DNA of 34,919 nt. Origin: Minisyncoccota bacterium (GTDB lineage Bacteria > Patescibacteriota > Minisyncoccia > Phycocordibacterales > PALSA-1337). The stretch is taken from assembly GCA_036384775.1 (NCBI GenBank), contig DASVLR010000046.1, forward strand, positions 1-34,919, read 5' to 3'. This document shows, piece after piece, positions 22,510 to 31,917 of the stretch. The notes beneath the pieces were generated by a model. The model worked only from the letters and a program-made list of their open reading frames with translations, had not been told where the DNA came from and did no database searches. A program made the translations under genes and the position numbers. Position 1 is the stretch's first letter. Each line of letters opens with the position of its first letter.

Positions 22510-22980
22510 CTATTTGATCTCGGTAACTGAGTACGAGATGAGGCCCTTCGGGGTGGAAACCTTCACCTTGTCGCCGACTTTGCGGCCAAGAAGTGCTGCA
22601 CCAAGCGGTGACATGTTCGAGATCTTGCCGTGGGCGATGTTGGCCTCCTCTGAACCGACAATGGTGTAGAGGTAGGTCTTGTTCTCGCCTTCCTTGGCGA
22701 CGCTGAACGTAGCACCGATGGTCACAACGTTATGACCGCCGGTTCCGCCCTCCTTGATAATCGATGAATTCTTGAGAATCTCCTCGAGGTGGCGGATGCG
22801 CTCCTCGACTTCTGCCTGCTCTTCGCGGGCTGCGTGATACTCCGCGTTCTCTGAAAGATCACCGAGCTTCTTGGCATATTCAAGATGCTCTGCGACTTCC
22901 TTGCGGCGATCAGACTTCAAAAACTCGAGCTCCTTCTCAAGTTCTGCATACTTTTCATGCGAGAGATACTGAATATCCAT
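22510..22980 (-). CDS. greA: Transcription elongation factor GreA
   Basis: LSENAEYHAAREEQ coiled-coil signature plus a C-terminal FKBP-like domain; 156 aa. Confidence 0.9.
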   Translation of the reverse strand: MDIQYLSHEKYAELEKELEFLKSDRRKEVAEHLEYAKKLGDLSENAEYHAAREEQAEVEERIRHLEEILKNSSIIKEGGTGGHNVVTIGATFSVAKEGENKTYLYTIVGSEEANIAHGKISNMSPLGAALLGRKVGDKVKVSTPKGLISYSVTEIK

Positions 22981-23010
22981 AATAGTGGTTAGGTGTGTTA
23001 ATTGGCCCCT

Positions 23011-23019
23011 ACTATAGCA
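23011..23019 (-). promoter_or_regulatory. Extended -10 promoter (TGCTATAGT) upstream of greA
   Basis: The reverse complement of 23011-23019 is TGCTATAGT, implying a ~24-nt leader to the ATG at 22980 if the TSS lies ~7 nt after the -10. Confidence 0.5.
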
Positions 23020-23023
23020 TAAA

Positions 23024-23054
23024 TAGGGCTTAAAATGCCATGTAGGGCTTAAAA
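23024..23054. repeat. Direct repeat TAGGGCTTAAAA x2 (19-bp register) just upstream of the greA -10
   Basis: 23024-23035 and 23043-23054 are identical 12-mers. The flanks are also similar (yGsCC). Confidence 0.7.
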
Positions 23055-23075
23055 CGGCCCCTCAGGGCCATTTTA
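23051..23075 (-). terminator. Putative terminator of livF
   Basis: AAAAC-GGCCC-ctca-GGGCC-ATTTT. Short GC stem with A/T flanks. Confidence 0.45.
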
Positions 23076-23801
23076 TTATGACAAGAAGACTTTCTGCAGC
23101 ACCCCTTTTTCGATGATGTCCTGGGGCTTTCCTTCGGCGTAGACCCTGCCCTTATCAAGCACATAGGCCCTGGTGGCGATTTCGAGCAGCGACTTGAGGT
23201 TGTGCTCCACCACGAAGATGGCGGTCTTGCGGCGTTCGTTGATCTCCTTCACTTTAGCGAAAACTTCCTTGACGATCTTCGGCGCGAGACCGAGTGACGG
23301 CTCATCGAGCAACAATACCTTCGGATCGATCATGAGACCGCGAGCAATGGCGAGCATCTGCTGCTGACCACCGGAGAGCGTGCCGGACTTTGCTTTGAGC
23401 TTGGCACGAAGTGCCGGAAATAGTTCGAGCACATTCTCTATGCGCTCTTTGCGCTCTTTTGCCGGAACATTCCATCCGCCAATCTCGATGTTTTCGTAGA
23501 CGGTGAGATGTTTGAACACGCGCTTGCCCTGCGGCACAAATGAAATACCGCGCTGCACGACTTCGTATGGCACCGGCTTGAAGTTCTGGCCTTCCCAGGC
23601 AACCGTACCCGATTCGATCGGAGCCAGACCGAAGATCGCTTTGAGGATGGTCGACTTACCTGCACCGTTGGGACCCATGAGTGCCACCACCTCTCCTTCG
23701 TCGATCGAAACCGATGCGCCATTCAAGGCCTTCACGCCGCCGTAGTGCACGGAGACGTCGGTGAGTGAGAGAAGTTTTTCTGAAGAATCGGTGGTGGGCA
23801 T
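23076..23801 (-). CDS. livF: Branched-chain amino acid-type ABC transporter ATP-binding protein LivF
   Basis: Walker A GPNGAGKST, LSGGQQQMLAIARGL signature, Walker B LLLDEPS; 241 aa, LivF-like length. Confidence 0.85.
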   Translation of the reverse strand: MPTTDSSEKLLSLTDVSVHYGGVKALNGASVSIDEGEVVALMGPNGAGKSTILKAIFGLAPIESGTVAWEGQNFKPVPYEVVQRGISFVPQGKRVFKHLTVYENIEIGGWNVPAKERKERIENVLELFPALRAKLKAKSGTLSGGQQQMLAIARGLMIDPKVLLLDEPSLGLAPKIVKEVFAKVKEINERRKTAIFVVEHNLKSLLEIATRAYVLDKGRVYAEGKPQDIIEKGVLQKVFLS

Positions 23802-23819
23802 AGATCTGTCTACTTCGAA

Positions 23820-25010
23820 CTATTTAATCAACTCGAACGACTGTACGCCGTTGGTGACTTTGATAAAGCCGATCGGAGTGAGTACACCGTGCGGTGAATA
23901 CTGAGAGCTGATGGTGACATTGCCTGCAGCACCGTTATACGATGTTGCCTTCTTGAATTGGTCGCGAACACAATCTGTGCTGAAGCCACTCGCATTTCCG
24001 TCCTGAACACATGCTTCGGCTGCATTCTTATACCTGTAGACAATATCGTAGTCAGCGATTTCGAAGAAATTACCGAAGTCATACATCTTACCGTACTTCT
24101 GTACGTACTTTGCGTTATATTCCTTCACGCTTGCTGAATTCTCATCTGAGTATGGGGTGATCGCAAGAATGCTCTTCGGCATATATCCGTTTGAGCCCTT
24201 GAGGAAGGCGGTCGGGCTGAAAGTGTGCGTAAAGAGGAATGCCTTATCGAGACTGAGAGTCTTAATCTGTGAGGCAAGGATTCCCGATACATCAGCACCC
24301 TGTGTCGATACGAAGACCGCATCGTACTTCACATCCTTGAGCTTGAGAGCAACTGTGCGATAGTCCTTCGTACCCGGATCAAAGCGCTCGTCGAGCGTGA
24401 CCGTTCCGCCGCGTGCCTTGAACTCCTTAATAAATGCATCCGAGTACGTCACCGGAAAATCCTTCACTTCCGTGAGCACAGCAATATTCTTGTAGCCCTT
24501 CGCGTATGCCTGATCTGCCAGTGCGGTACCGTAATATGCATTGGTCGAAACATGGCGGAATACCCACTCACCTTCATTCGCAACATTCGGAGATGTGGTG
24601 AAGACCGCGAACGCCGGGACATGATCCTTAGCGGTAAGCGGAGCGATGGTCAGCGTCTCGGTTGAGCAGTGACCGCCAAACACAGCCTGAACCTTGTCTA
24701 CGTTCACGAGCTTATTCCATGCATTAATAGCTGCAGTTGCCTCACACTTACCGTCTTCAATAACATACTCGACTTTCTTGCCGGCAATGCCGCCGTTTGC
24801 ATTGATTTCATCAAGTGCGAGCACAACTGAGTTTTTACCTTCAGTACCATACGATGAGGCGGTGCCGGTGAGCGGCGCGATGATACCAACCTTGATAGTG
24901 CTCGACTGCATGAGCGGAGCTGATGACTTGCTTCCTGTCTTTGCCACAATTGCCCACACCACCAGAACGATCACGACCACACCGACAATGATTTTTGTTA
25001 TTTTATTCAT
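23820..25010 (-). CDS. ABC transporter substrate-binding protein, LivJ/K-like (Peripla_BP_6), paralog 1, membrane-anchored
   Basis: N-terminal TM anchor (IIVGVVVIVLVVWAIV) and IKVGIIAPLTGTASSYGTEGKNSVVLALDEINANGGIAGKKVE, the type I SBP signature. Confidence 0.85.
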   Translation of the reverse strand: MNKITKIIVGVVVIVLVVWAIVAKTGSKSSAPLMQSSTIKVGIIAPLTGTASSYGTEGKNSVVLALDEINANGGIAGKKVEYVIEDGKCEATAAINAWNKLVNVDKVQAVFGGHCSTETLTIAPLTAKDHVPAFAVFTTSPNVANEGEWVFRHVSTNAYYGTALADQAYAKGYKNIAVLTEVKDFPVTYSDAFIKEFKARGGTVTLDERFDPGTKDYRTVALKLKDVKYDAVFVSTQGADVSGILASQIKTLSLDKAFLFTHTFSPTAFLKGSNGYMPKSILAITPYSDENSASVKEYNAKYVQKYGKMYDFGNFFEIADYDIVYRYKNAAEACVQDGNASGFSTDCVRDQFKKATSYNGAAGNVTISSQYSPHGVLTPIGFIKVTNGVQSFELIK

Positions 25011-25015
25011 AGTAA

Positions 25016-26095
25016 TTAATTAACTTTCTCAACGTGCATAGTTACTGAAAAGTCACCCGGACCTACTTGCTCTGCCGTACCTGCCATTCCCTTGTTCTGC
25101 TTCACCGCGCGGACACATGCCAAAACGTCCGTTTCAGTGCGACACTGATAGATGAGATTTGCTACGTCGTAACCGAACGCTGCTCCAAAGCCCGGCTCCT
25201 TGCCATACGCTGTCTTGTACGCATTCTTGAACGCATTTGTCTCTGGAGTATTGAGAGAGAAATCAAATGAGGTTGAATAGTACGGGATACCTTCAACTTC
25301 TTTGCGGTTGGTCATATCTGCAAAGACACCGCTGGCTTCAACCATCGGAATAGTGAGACCGAGACGGCTGCCTGTCTTCACAACAGCGACAGCCTCGCCC
25401 GGAGTGGAAACAACAAATACGAAGACTTCGGCCTTAGAATTTTTCACCTTGGTGATCATTGTCGAGAAGTCAGTCTCGTTCGGCTTGTATGCCTCAATGT
25501 AGACAATATCCTTGCTGCGGTCTGCAGCGATCTTAGTGATTTCATCTTTCACCGCAGCACCCAGTTCATCATTGCGGTACAGTACTGCAATTTTCTTGGC
25601 GGCATATGCCGGCGAGGTTGTGCTGAAGAACGCAGGTCCCGAATAGTGCTTTGGATCGACGTAGTAACGGACCGTGTAGTCGTTGACGACAGCCTTTGGA
25701 GAAGTTGCCGAGAGCGTCACAAACAACGGGACCTTGCGTTCGAGCGCGAGCTTAGCCAATGGCACACTGACAAATGAGAGTTCGGAAACGGTCAGGTCGA
25801 CATGCTGTTCTTGGAGTCGATTGAAAGCCGAGATACCATCGGGAGCAGTACTCCTGCTGTCTTCATAGAGCATCTTGATCTCAGGCTTGTTTGCGAGGGC
25901 GAGTTCCATACCATTTTTCACAGTCTCACCCCAGATTGCGGATGTGCCGGTCAGGGCGAGAACTGATCCGACGGTAAAGACCTTGCCCTGCTGATTCTGA
26001 CCTTGCGGGGCCTGTGCCTGTTTGTGTGTTCCGGCAATAATCAGAATAACGACAACAATGATGATAATGACTGACCAAATTACTTTTTTATTCAT
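25016..26095 (-). CDS. ABC transporter substrate-binding protein, LivJ/K-like, paralog 2, membrane-anchored
   Basis: TM anchor, then FTVGSVLALTGTSAIWGETVKNGMELAL. There is a 5-nt gap to paralog 1. Confidence 0.8.
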   Translation of the reverse strand: MNKKVIWSVIIIIVVVILIIAGTHKQAQAPQGQNQQGKVFTVGSVLALTGTSAIWGETVKNGMELALANKPEIKMLYEDSRSTAPDGISAFNRLQEQHVDLTVSELSFVSVPLAKLALERKVPLFVTLSATSPKAVVNDYTVRYYVDPKHYSGPAFFSTTSPAYAAKKIAVLYRNDELGAAVKDEITKIAADRSKDIVYIEAYKPNETDFSTMITKVKNSKAEVFVFVVSTPGEAVAVVKTGSRLGLTIPMVEASGVFADMTNRKEVEGIPYYSTSFDFSLNTPETNAFKNAYKTAYGKEPGFGAAFGYDVANLIYQCRTETDVLACVRAVKQNKGMAGTAEQVGPGDFSVTMHVEKVN

Positions 26096-26100
26096 ATAAA

Positions 26101-27156
26101 TTAATTATTTTTATTCTGATCCATTTCCAATACCGTCGGCTCACCCTTCACCACTTGCTTCAAAATGAGCTGGCGTTTGTATACTCCATTGCCATCAAAC
26201 TTACCCGTCGACGACAGTTTTCCCTTCACACAGAGTGGTTCGGCACCACAGGAAATCACAATCGGGACCAGCATCTCAGTTGCCTGCCGTGAGAGTTCAT
26301 AGACGGCACCCTTGGTCGTGGTTCCTGTCGCAAGATCGGACGGGAAGGAATACATCGCACCTTCAACCAGCGGCAGAGCTGACGGAAGTTCGGCTACATA
26401 GGTCGTAAAGATTGGTGTCTTGCTCATACCGAGCTGCTTGAGCTTTGCTGTTGCACCCGCAAAGAAGAATGCGATGTCCGGTGCATAGATAGCATCCGGC
26501 TTGGCTGCTTTGATCTTGGTGATGTATGGAAGAATGTCGGCATTATCGTCCTGAATGACCTGATCACTGACGATCGTGCCCTTGAAGTTTGCGTGGAAGC
26601 TATCATCGTGAGCCTTTGAGAATGCGTTGGCATACGTGATGACCGCCACATTCTTGTAACCCATGGCGTAGATCTGCTCCGCATTGAATTTCGACTCATC
26701 TTCGAGTGAGTACTGAATATTGAAAAAGTTTCCTCCGCTCTGCTTCGACAGATCTGCCGAGGCAGCTGACGGTACCATGACAACCACATCGTCTTCACTC
26801 AGGAGCGGGACGATTGCTTCCTGCGGAGATCCGCAGCCGGGGCCGATGATAAATTTGACCTGATCGACATTGATGAGTTTGTGATACGCAGAAACGGCCT
26901 GTTTTGCATCACAGGCATCGTCAGCGTAGGTCACACCGACACTGGTCGAAGTGCCAACACTGGCAACGAGACCGGCTACGACACCTGCTTTTACATTTTC
27001 ACCATAGTCAGCGAACGCACCCGTGAGCGGTGCAATCACGCCGATGTTCATCGGGGTTGCCGACGTTGTCTTTTTCGTCTCATGACTGACAAACCAAACC
27101 AAAATAAGGAGGATCAGGACTATCACCGTAACAAGGGTCTTGCTAGGTTTGTTCAT
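26101..27156 (-). CDS. ABC transporter substrate-binding protein, LivJ/K-like, paralog 3, membrane-anchored
   Basis: MNKPSKTLVTVIVLILLILVWFV anchor, then NIGVIAPLTGAFADYGENVKAGV. The start at 27156 was chosen by analogy with the MNK starts of the paralogs (the ORF track begins at 27174). Confidence 0.8.
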   Translation of the reverse strand: MNKPSKTLVTVIVLILLILVWFVSHETKKTTSATPMNIGVIAPLTGAFADYGENVKAGVVAGLVASVGTSTSVGVTYADDACDAKQAVSAYHKLINVDQVKFIIGPGCGSPQEAIVPLLSEDDVVVMVPSAASADLSKQSGGNFFNIQYSLEDESKFNAEQIYAMGYKNVAVITYANAFSKAHDDSFHANFKGTIVSDQVIQDDNADILPYITKIKAAKPDAIYAPDIAFFFAGATAKLKQLGMSKTPIFTTYVAELPSALPLVEGAMYSFPSDLATGTTTKGAVYELSRQATEMLVPIVISCGAEPLCVKGKLSSTGKFDGNGVYKRQLILKQVVKGEPTVLEMDQNKNN

Positions 27157-27185
27157 GATTGTTGTGTGTATCATGAGCCTAGCAA

Positions 27186-27223
27186 ACAGGCGGGTACGCG
27201 CAAGGCGGCTTTTGGCCGCCTGT
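27186..27223 (-). promoter_or_regulatory. Intercistronic hairpin(s) between livG and SBP paralog 3
   Basis: GGCCGCCTGT (27214-27223) can pair with AGGCGGC (27203-27209) or with ACAGGCGG (27186-27193). The two pairings are mutually exclusive. Confidence 0.4.
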
Positions 27224-27245
27224 GGATAGTGAGGACCTGTAGACC

Positions 27246-28004
27246 TTATTCTCCCAAATACGCCTCCACCACTTCTTTGCGCGCCAAAACTTCGTCTGGT
27301 TTACCTTCTGCGAGGAGCTGGCCGGCATCCAATACATACAAATAATCCGAGAGTGAACGAATCAGATCCATGTTGTGCTCAACGAGTACCACAGCCCTGC
27401 CCTGATCGCGCAATTCGCGCATGACAGTCTCGACGATCTTAAGCATTTCCGGGAAGAGGCCCGCGTATGGTTCATCAAAGAAAATAACCTGGATATCGCC
27501 TGCGCCTGAATGGATCATGGCGAGCATGCGTGCGATCTCGACCAGTTTGCGCTGGCCGTATGAAAGATTTTTGGCGAGCTCGGTGCGCTTTTCCCAGAGA
27601 CCGACTTTCTTGAGGACTTCTTCGGCTCGCTCGACATGGAGTTTTGAATGCTTTTCGAACAGAGATGACCAAATGCTGCGCTTGGTCAGTGCCACAAGAA
27701 TATTGTCCAGGACCGGCATCTGTTCGAAGAGACGCACGTCCTGGAATGTGCGGGTCATACCGAGTGACGGAACTTCGTGTGAATCAATTTCCGAGAGACG
27801 TTCGCCATGTTCACCGCCGATAATGACGTGACCGCCATTCATCGGCAGCAGACCGGTGAGCGTATTGATGAGTGTCGATTTGCCGGAACCGTTCGGTCCG
27901 ATGATACCCGTGATCCTGCCTGCCTCGAATGAGATCGAGAGCTTATTCACGGCGTGAATGCCGCCGAACTTCTTTTCCAGTTTGTCAGTGGCGAGGATGG
28001 CCAT
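27246..28004 (-). CDS. livG: Branched-chain amino acid-type ABC transporter ATP-binding protein LivG
   Basis: Walker A GPNGSGKST, LSYGQRKLVEIARML signature and FFDEPYAGL Walker B, plus the LivG-type insertion after the Q-loop. Confidence 0.85.
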   Translation of the reverse strand: MAILATDKLEKKFGGIHAVNKLSISFEAGRITGIIGPNGSGKSTLINTLTGLLPMNGGHVIIGGEHGERLSEIDSHEVPSLGMTRTFQDVRLFEQMPVLDNILVALTKRSIWSSLFEKHSKLHVERAEEVLKKVGLWEKRTELAKNLSYGQRKLVEIARMLAMIHSGAGDIQVIFFDEPYAGLFPEMLKIVETVMRELRDQGRAVVLVEHNMDLIRSLSDYLYVLDAGQLLAEGKPDEVLARKEVVEAYLGE

Positions 28005-28019
28005 GACGAAACTGTAGCA

Positions 28020-29147
28020 CTACTTATTCCACGGCACTAGTACCCCGTTTTTCACCACGTCAATTTCGATCGGGGTCGATACAACCGTGTGATCAGGTCT
28101 GAACGAGACGGTCGCATTTGGTGTAGTAAACGAATGACTGGCAATATATGCAGCAACATCCGATCGTTGAGTTGTATGAGAGATGGCGTCAGCCATGATA
28201 TACAACGCGTCGAAGCCCTTATCAGCCGATTTCTCTGCAGGCTTGGCATACGCTTTTTGGTACATCGCATTGAATGCCGGGGATGTCACTTCCCAATTCA
28301 CCAGAATGATACCTTCGATGAGAGACTTGTCTGCCTGATCATTGAATGCCTCAAGGTTTCCCGTGTAGGTTAGGAATTTCGGATAGAAACCGAGCAGCTT
28401 TGCATTCTTCAGGAGATTGACCGTATCATCGCCGAGCGTATCAAAGAACACAGCATCCACTCCTGCCGCCTTCAGTTTTGTGAGTGCGGTCCTGTAGTCG
28501 TTACCGCCCAGATGGTTGTAAATTTCCTCGACAGGCGCAGGCTTGCCGCTCTCGATCATGAGACTACGGAATGTTTTTGAAATTTCCGTACCCCAAGAAG
28601 ACGTGAAATGGATAATTCCGAGCTTGTGGATGTTCTCCGTATCGAAAATCTGCGCATAGTGCAGGAGCATATCATCAAAGGTAACCAGACCAGTGAAACT
28701 ATGATCACCAAGCTCGAAGCTTCCTTCGATCCTGAAACTTGGTGGAGTGATGAGTGCTATCTTGTCGGATTCTGCCAATGGCAACAGGGGCTGCGTTGTA
28801 AAGTCAAAAACGCTGCCGATAATGCCGGATACATGGTCGACATCAACCAATTTGCGGTATGCGGAAATGGCTGCCTTCGAATCGGTATGATCGTCTTCAT
28901 ATATAACCTGCACAGGTCTTCCTCCTACGCCCCCTACGGCGTTGATCTGACTAATGGCCAAGTCGATACCGTTTTTCATTGACTCGCCCCATGGTGCGGC
29001 GATGCCAGTAAGCGAAGCCACGACACCGATCCTAATCGGCTCCAGACCGGATTGCTGATGTTCAGGTGCCGCGCGATGTATCGAAATGAATGCCAGAACC
29101 ACCACTGCAACTACAAGTCCCGTTAACCAGATGATTGATTTCTTCAT
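28020..29147 (-). CDS. ABC transporter substrate-binding protein, LivJ/K-like, paralog 4, membrane-anchored
   Basis: TM anchor, then IRIGVVASLTGIAAPWGESMKNGIDLAISQINAVGGVGGRPVQ. Confidence 0.85.
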   Translation of the reverse strand: MKKSIIWLTGLVVAVVVLAFISIHRAAPEHQQSGLEPIRIGVVASLTGIAAPWGESMKNGIDLAISQINAVGGVGGRPVQVIYEDDHTDSKAAISAYRKLVDVDHVSGIIGSVFDFTTQPLLPLAESDKIALITPPSFRIEGSFELGDHSFTGLVTFDDMLLHYAQIFDTENIHKLGIIHFTSSWGTEISKTFRSLMIESGKPAPVEEIYNHLGGNDYRTALTKLKAAGVDAVFFDTLGDDTVNLLKNAKLLGFYPKFLTYTGNLEAFNDQADKSLIEGIILVNWEVTSPAFNAMYQKAYAKPAEKSADKGFDALYIMADAISHTTQRSDVAAYIASHSFTTPNATVSFRPDHTVVSTPIEIDVVKNGVLVPWNK

Positions 29148-29148
29148 A

Positions 29149-29177
29149 TTGTCTTTAGGCTACCGGAGCGCTATACT
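29149..29177 (+). promoter_or_regulatory. Promoter of the TrmB-like regulator 1 / methyltransferase operon, leaderless-type; overlaps the divergent SBP4 upstream region
   Basis: TTGTCT (29149-29154), 17-nt spacer, TATACT (29172-29177), then 6 nt to the ATG at 29184. Confidence 0.55.
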
Positions 29178-29183
29178 TTGTCC

Positions 29184-29996
29184 ATGATTCGGCGAAAAGC
29201 GAATACCAACAAGAAACAGTCACAAATGACCTCTCCGGATTTCCTGGACATCTTTGGCCTGTCCGGACCTTCCCAGCAGGTACTTATGGACATCGTCAGG
29301 CATGGCACGTCGCCGGTGGCAGATATTGCGGCACGCCTCAACATGCCCAAATCCACGATCTATGACGCCATCACTCCCCTCCTGGAGCAGAGCCTCATCA
29401 ATGAATACGATGACGGCCGTGGCCGTTCGTACGGCATCTCCGATGCCGGTCAGATCGCTCGCGCACAAGAAGAACGCATTACCGCACTCAAACATGCCCA
29501 ATCCTCCCTGTTGTCGCTCATGACCGAGAGTCAACGAAAGGAAGATTCGGTCGCGCGCCCGAAAATCAAATTCTATTCCGGCAAACTCGGCGTGAAGCAG
29601 GCCTTTCGCGACATGATGTGGCAGAAAGATCTCAAAGAATGTTTCATGCTCTGGCCCAACAAGATGATGCTCGATCTTGACGAGGATTTCTTCAAGTGGC
29701 ACGGCACCCAGCGTCACAAGTACGGTGTCTTTATTTATGCCATCGAGAACCACGAGGATCGCAAGATCCAAAAGATGCCCAAGCATCATTGGATCAGGAA
29801 TACGCGCGACAACCTCACCGAAGCACGCTATTTGCCAAAAGGTGTCAGTTCCAAGATGAGTTTCTGGCTCTATGGCAATAAATGCCTGTTTGCCTCAGGG
29901 GGTGAGGAGAAAATCGCCTTTGTCGTGCACAGCAAAGAATACGCGCAGATGATGAAGTTGCTTTGGCAAAGCCTCTGGAATAGTGCAAAATCCTAA
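29184..29996 (+). CDS. TrmB-family transcriptional regulator (winged HTH plus C-terminal domain), copy 1
   Basis: GLSGPSQQVLMDIVRHGTSPVADIAARLNMPKSTIYDAITPLLEQSLI is a TrmB/MarR-type wHTH. The ATG at 29184 is preferred over the TTG at 29178. Confidence 0.75.
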   Translation: MIRRKANTNKKQSQMTSPDFLDIFGLSGPSQQVLMDIVRHGTSPVADIAARLNMPKSTIYDAITPLLEQSLINEYDDGRGRSYGISDAGQIARAQEERITALKHAQSSLLSLMTESQRKEDSVARPKIKFYSGKLGVKQAFRDMMWQKDLKECFMLWPNKMMLDLDEDFFKWHGTQRHKYGVFIYAIENHEDRKIQKMPKHHWIRNTRDNLTEARYLPKGVSSKMSFWLYGNKCLFASGGEEKIAFVVHSKEYAQMMKLLWQSLWNSAKS

Positions 29997-30702
29997 TATG
30001 ATCAAGCGCGAAGATAATCCATTTGAAGACCCGGCCATTGCACGGGAATGGATTAATTCGATCGAGAACGAAAAAGGCCAGATCCGTGAAAGGGAGCTCA
30101 TGCCCCTGATCCGATCGTGGGTAACTGAAAAACAAGTACGCACACTTGTTGATATCGGTATGGGCCAGGGCGGCTGCGCGCCAGCAGTTCAGTACGAACC
30201 TTCTGTACGCTATATCGGCATCGAACCATCAACGGTGTTGGTCGCACGTGCCAAAGAACTGTTCTCTGCTCCCAACCGAGAGTTCCTGGTTGGCAATGCC
30301 TACCAGATTTCGCTCCCTGACCACTGCACGGATGCTGCACTCAGCGTTAATGTCTGGTTTCATCTCAAAGATCTTGTCACAGCAGCACAAGAAATGGCAC
30401 GCATTCTCAAACCCGGAGGCGTCTTCATGATCTGTACCGCAAACCCTGTCGCGCACGAAAACTGGCGTACCCGTTTTGATCCCGACGCTCACGAGACGGA
30501 TGAATACATCGACGGACGTGTCTATATTCCAATTAATCCCCTTTCGCGCAATTTGTTCTTTAAGCATTCATTAGCAAGTAGCAAAGCTGCACTTGAATCA
30601 AACGGATTGAGTATTGATTCAATCGTTGAAAATGGTCTCTTCGACAGGAGAAATGGTCCTGAACAAGCATTATTTATAAATATATTCGGTCACAAGAAAT
30701 AA
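29983..30702 (+). CDS. Class I SAM-dependent methyltransferase
   Basis: VDIGMGQGG (motif I) and LKPGGVFMI (post-II). The start is either 29983 (14-nt overlap with the regulator) or 29998 (1 nt after its stop). Confidence 0.75.
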   Translation: MQNPNMIKREDNPFEDPAIAREWINSIENEKGQIRERELMPLIRSWVTEKQVRTLVDIGMGQGGCAPAVQYEPSVRYIGIEPSTVLVARAKELFSAPNREFLVGNAYQISLPDHCTDAALSVNVWFHLKDLVTAAQEMARILKPGGVFMICTANPVAHENWRTRFDPDAHETDEYIDGRVYIPINPLSRNLFFKHSLASSKAALESNGLSIDSIVENGLFDRRNGPEQALFINIFGHKK

Positions 30703-30717
30703 CCCGGGCGAGCGCGA

Positions 30718-31872
30718 CTACTCCGCCTTCACAAACTTCTCATCTTTCACGGTCTGCATTTCGAATGTGTCTGGACCGGTGATCACAAATCCCTTCTCAT
30801 TGAACTGAATAGTTCGGGTTGAGACGCCACCCTCGAATTTCTCAGTGACAAGACCAGCGCGAATATTCTCACGATTGATTTCCTGTCCTGATGCGACAAG
30901 TTTTTTCATGACATCAGCCAGAACCAGCACTGCGTTATACGAGGTGGCGGCCGATGATACCAGCGGCTTCTGACCGAAACGGGCTTCATAGCGCGATGCG
31001 AATTGTTCAAATCCGTTGTCACGATTCAATGTCGAGAAATACAGTCTGTCTTGAAGTTCGTTTCCGCAATCCTCAATGGCTTTTATATTCAGTGCAGAAT
31101 CTGTCGACAGCAACGGAATACTCATACCTTGCTCTCTCGCCTGTTTCAGAAAAACACATTCGAGATTCTCGTAGGTACCAAAGAATGCATCCGGTTGTGC
31201 AGATTTTACCTTTGAGATCAGCGTGCGATAATCTGCATTTCCGAAATCCGTACCCATTTGTTTCGCAACGACGGTGATACCATATTCAGGAGCATCTTTC
31301 TCAAATAAGTTTGAGGTAAATAACCAGAAGCTAAAATTGGCTGGCTGTACAATGGCAATCCTATTCCAGCCACGCAACTGCGCGTACTTGAGAACCGCAC
31401 GAATGCCCACCTCGTCATCAGGCCATGTCTCAAAGAAATACGGTGATCCAATTTCGGACTCAATATCAGTCGACACGTTCTGGCTAACCACAGGCACCTT
31501 CTGCTGCGCAGAAATAGTAGCCATGATCTCGCCCTGCTCGTCCCATTGCGGGCCGACTATCGCAGCGACGTGATCGATAGCGATAAGCTTCTGCGCAACG
31601 CTAGCGCCCTTCTTTGCATCAAACGGCGGAGTGTCTTCTGAAATGAGTTCGAGATGCATACCTGAAATACCTCCGGCCGCGTTTATTTCTTCGACAGCGA
31701 GCAGCGCTCCATTACGTTCCTCTACGCCAATATTAGAACCAACTCCGGTCAGACCGGACATCTGGCCTATCTTTATTGTTGCCTTCGTACCCTGCCCTGA
31801 GTGGTAATACAGAGCAAAAATAGCCACCAGTATGATGACTGCTGCAATGATGCTGAGACGGCGTGTGTTCAT
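30718..31872 (-). CDS. ABC transporter substrate-binding protein, LivJ/K-like, paralog 5, membrane-anchored
   Basis: The start at 31872 gives the MNTRRLSIIAAVIILVAIFALYY anchor, followed by IKIGQMSGLTGVGSNIGVEERNGALLAVEEINAAGGISG. The upstream 41 codons of the 30718..31995 ORF are rejected. Confidence 0.8.
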   Translation of the reverse strand: MNTRRLSIIAAVIILVAIFALYYHSGQGTKATIKIGQMSGLTGVGSNIGVEERNGALLAVEEINAAGGISGMHLELISEDTPPFDAKKGASVAQKLIAIDHVAAIVGPQWDEQGEIMATISAQQKVPVVSQNVSTDIESEIGSPYFFETWPDDEVGIRAVLKYAQLRGWNRIAIVQPANFSFWLFTSNLFEKDAPEYGITVVAKQMGTDFGNADYRTLISKVKSAQPDAFFGTYENLECVFLKQAREQGMSIPLLSTDSALNIKAIEDCGNELQDRLYFSTLNRDNGFEQFASRYEARFGQKPLVSSAATSYNAVLVLADVMKKLVASGQEINRENIRAGLVTEKFEGGVSTRTIQFNEKGFVITGPDTFEMQTVKDEKFVKAE

Positions 31873-31880
31873 GACATTAA

Positions 31881-31910
31881 TTGACGTTATTGTGCATTCA
31901 ATGGTATTGT
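31881..31910 (+). promoter_or_regulatory. Promoter of TrmB-like regulator 2, leaderless-type
   Basis: TTGACG (31881-31886), 18-nt spacer, TGG-TATTGT (-10 at 31905-31910), then 7 nt to the ATG at 31918. Confidence 0.55.
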
Positions 31911-31917
31911 TTTCGGT

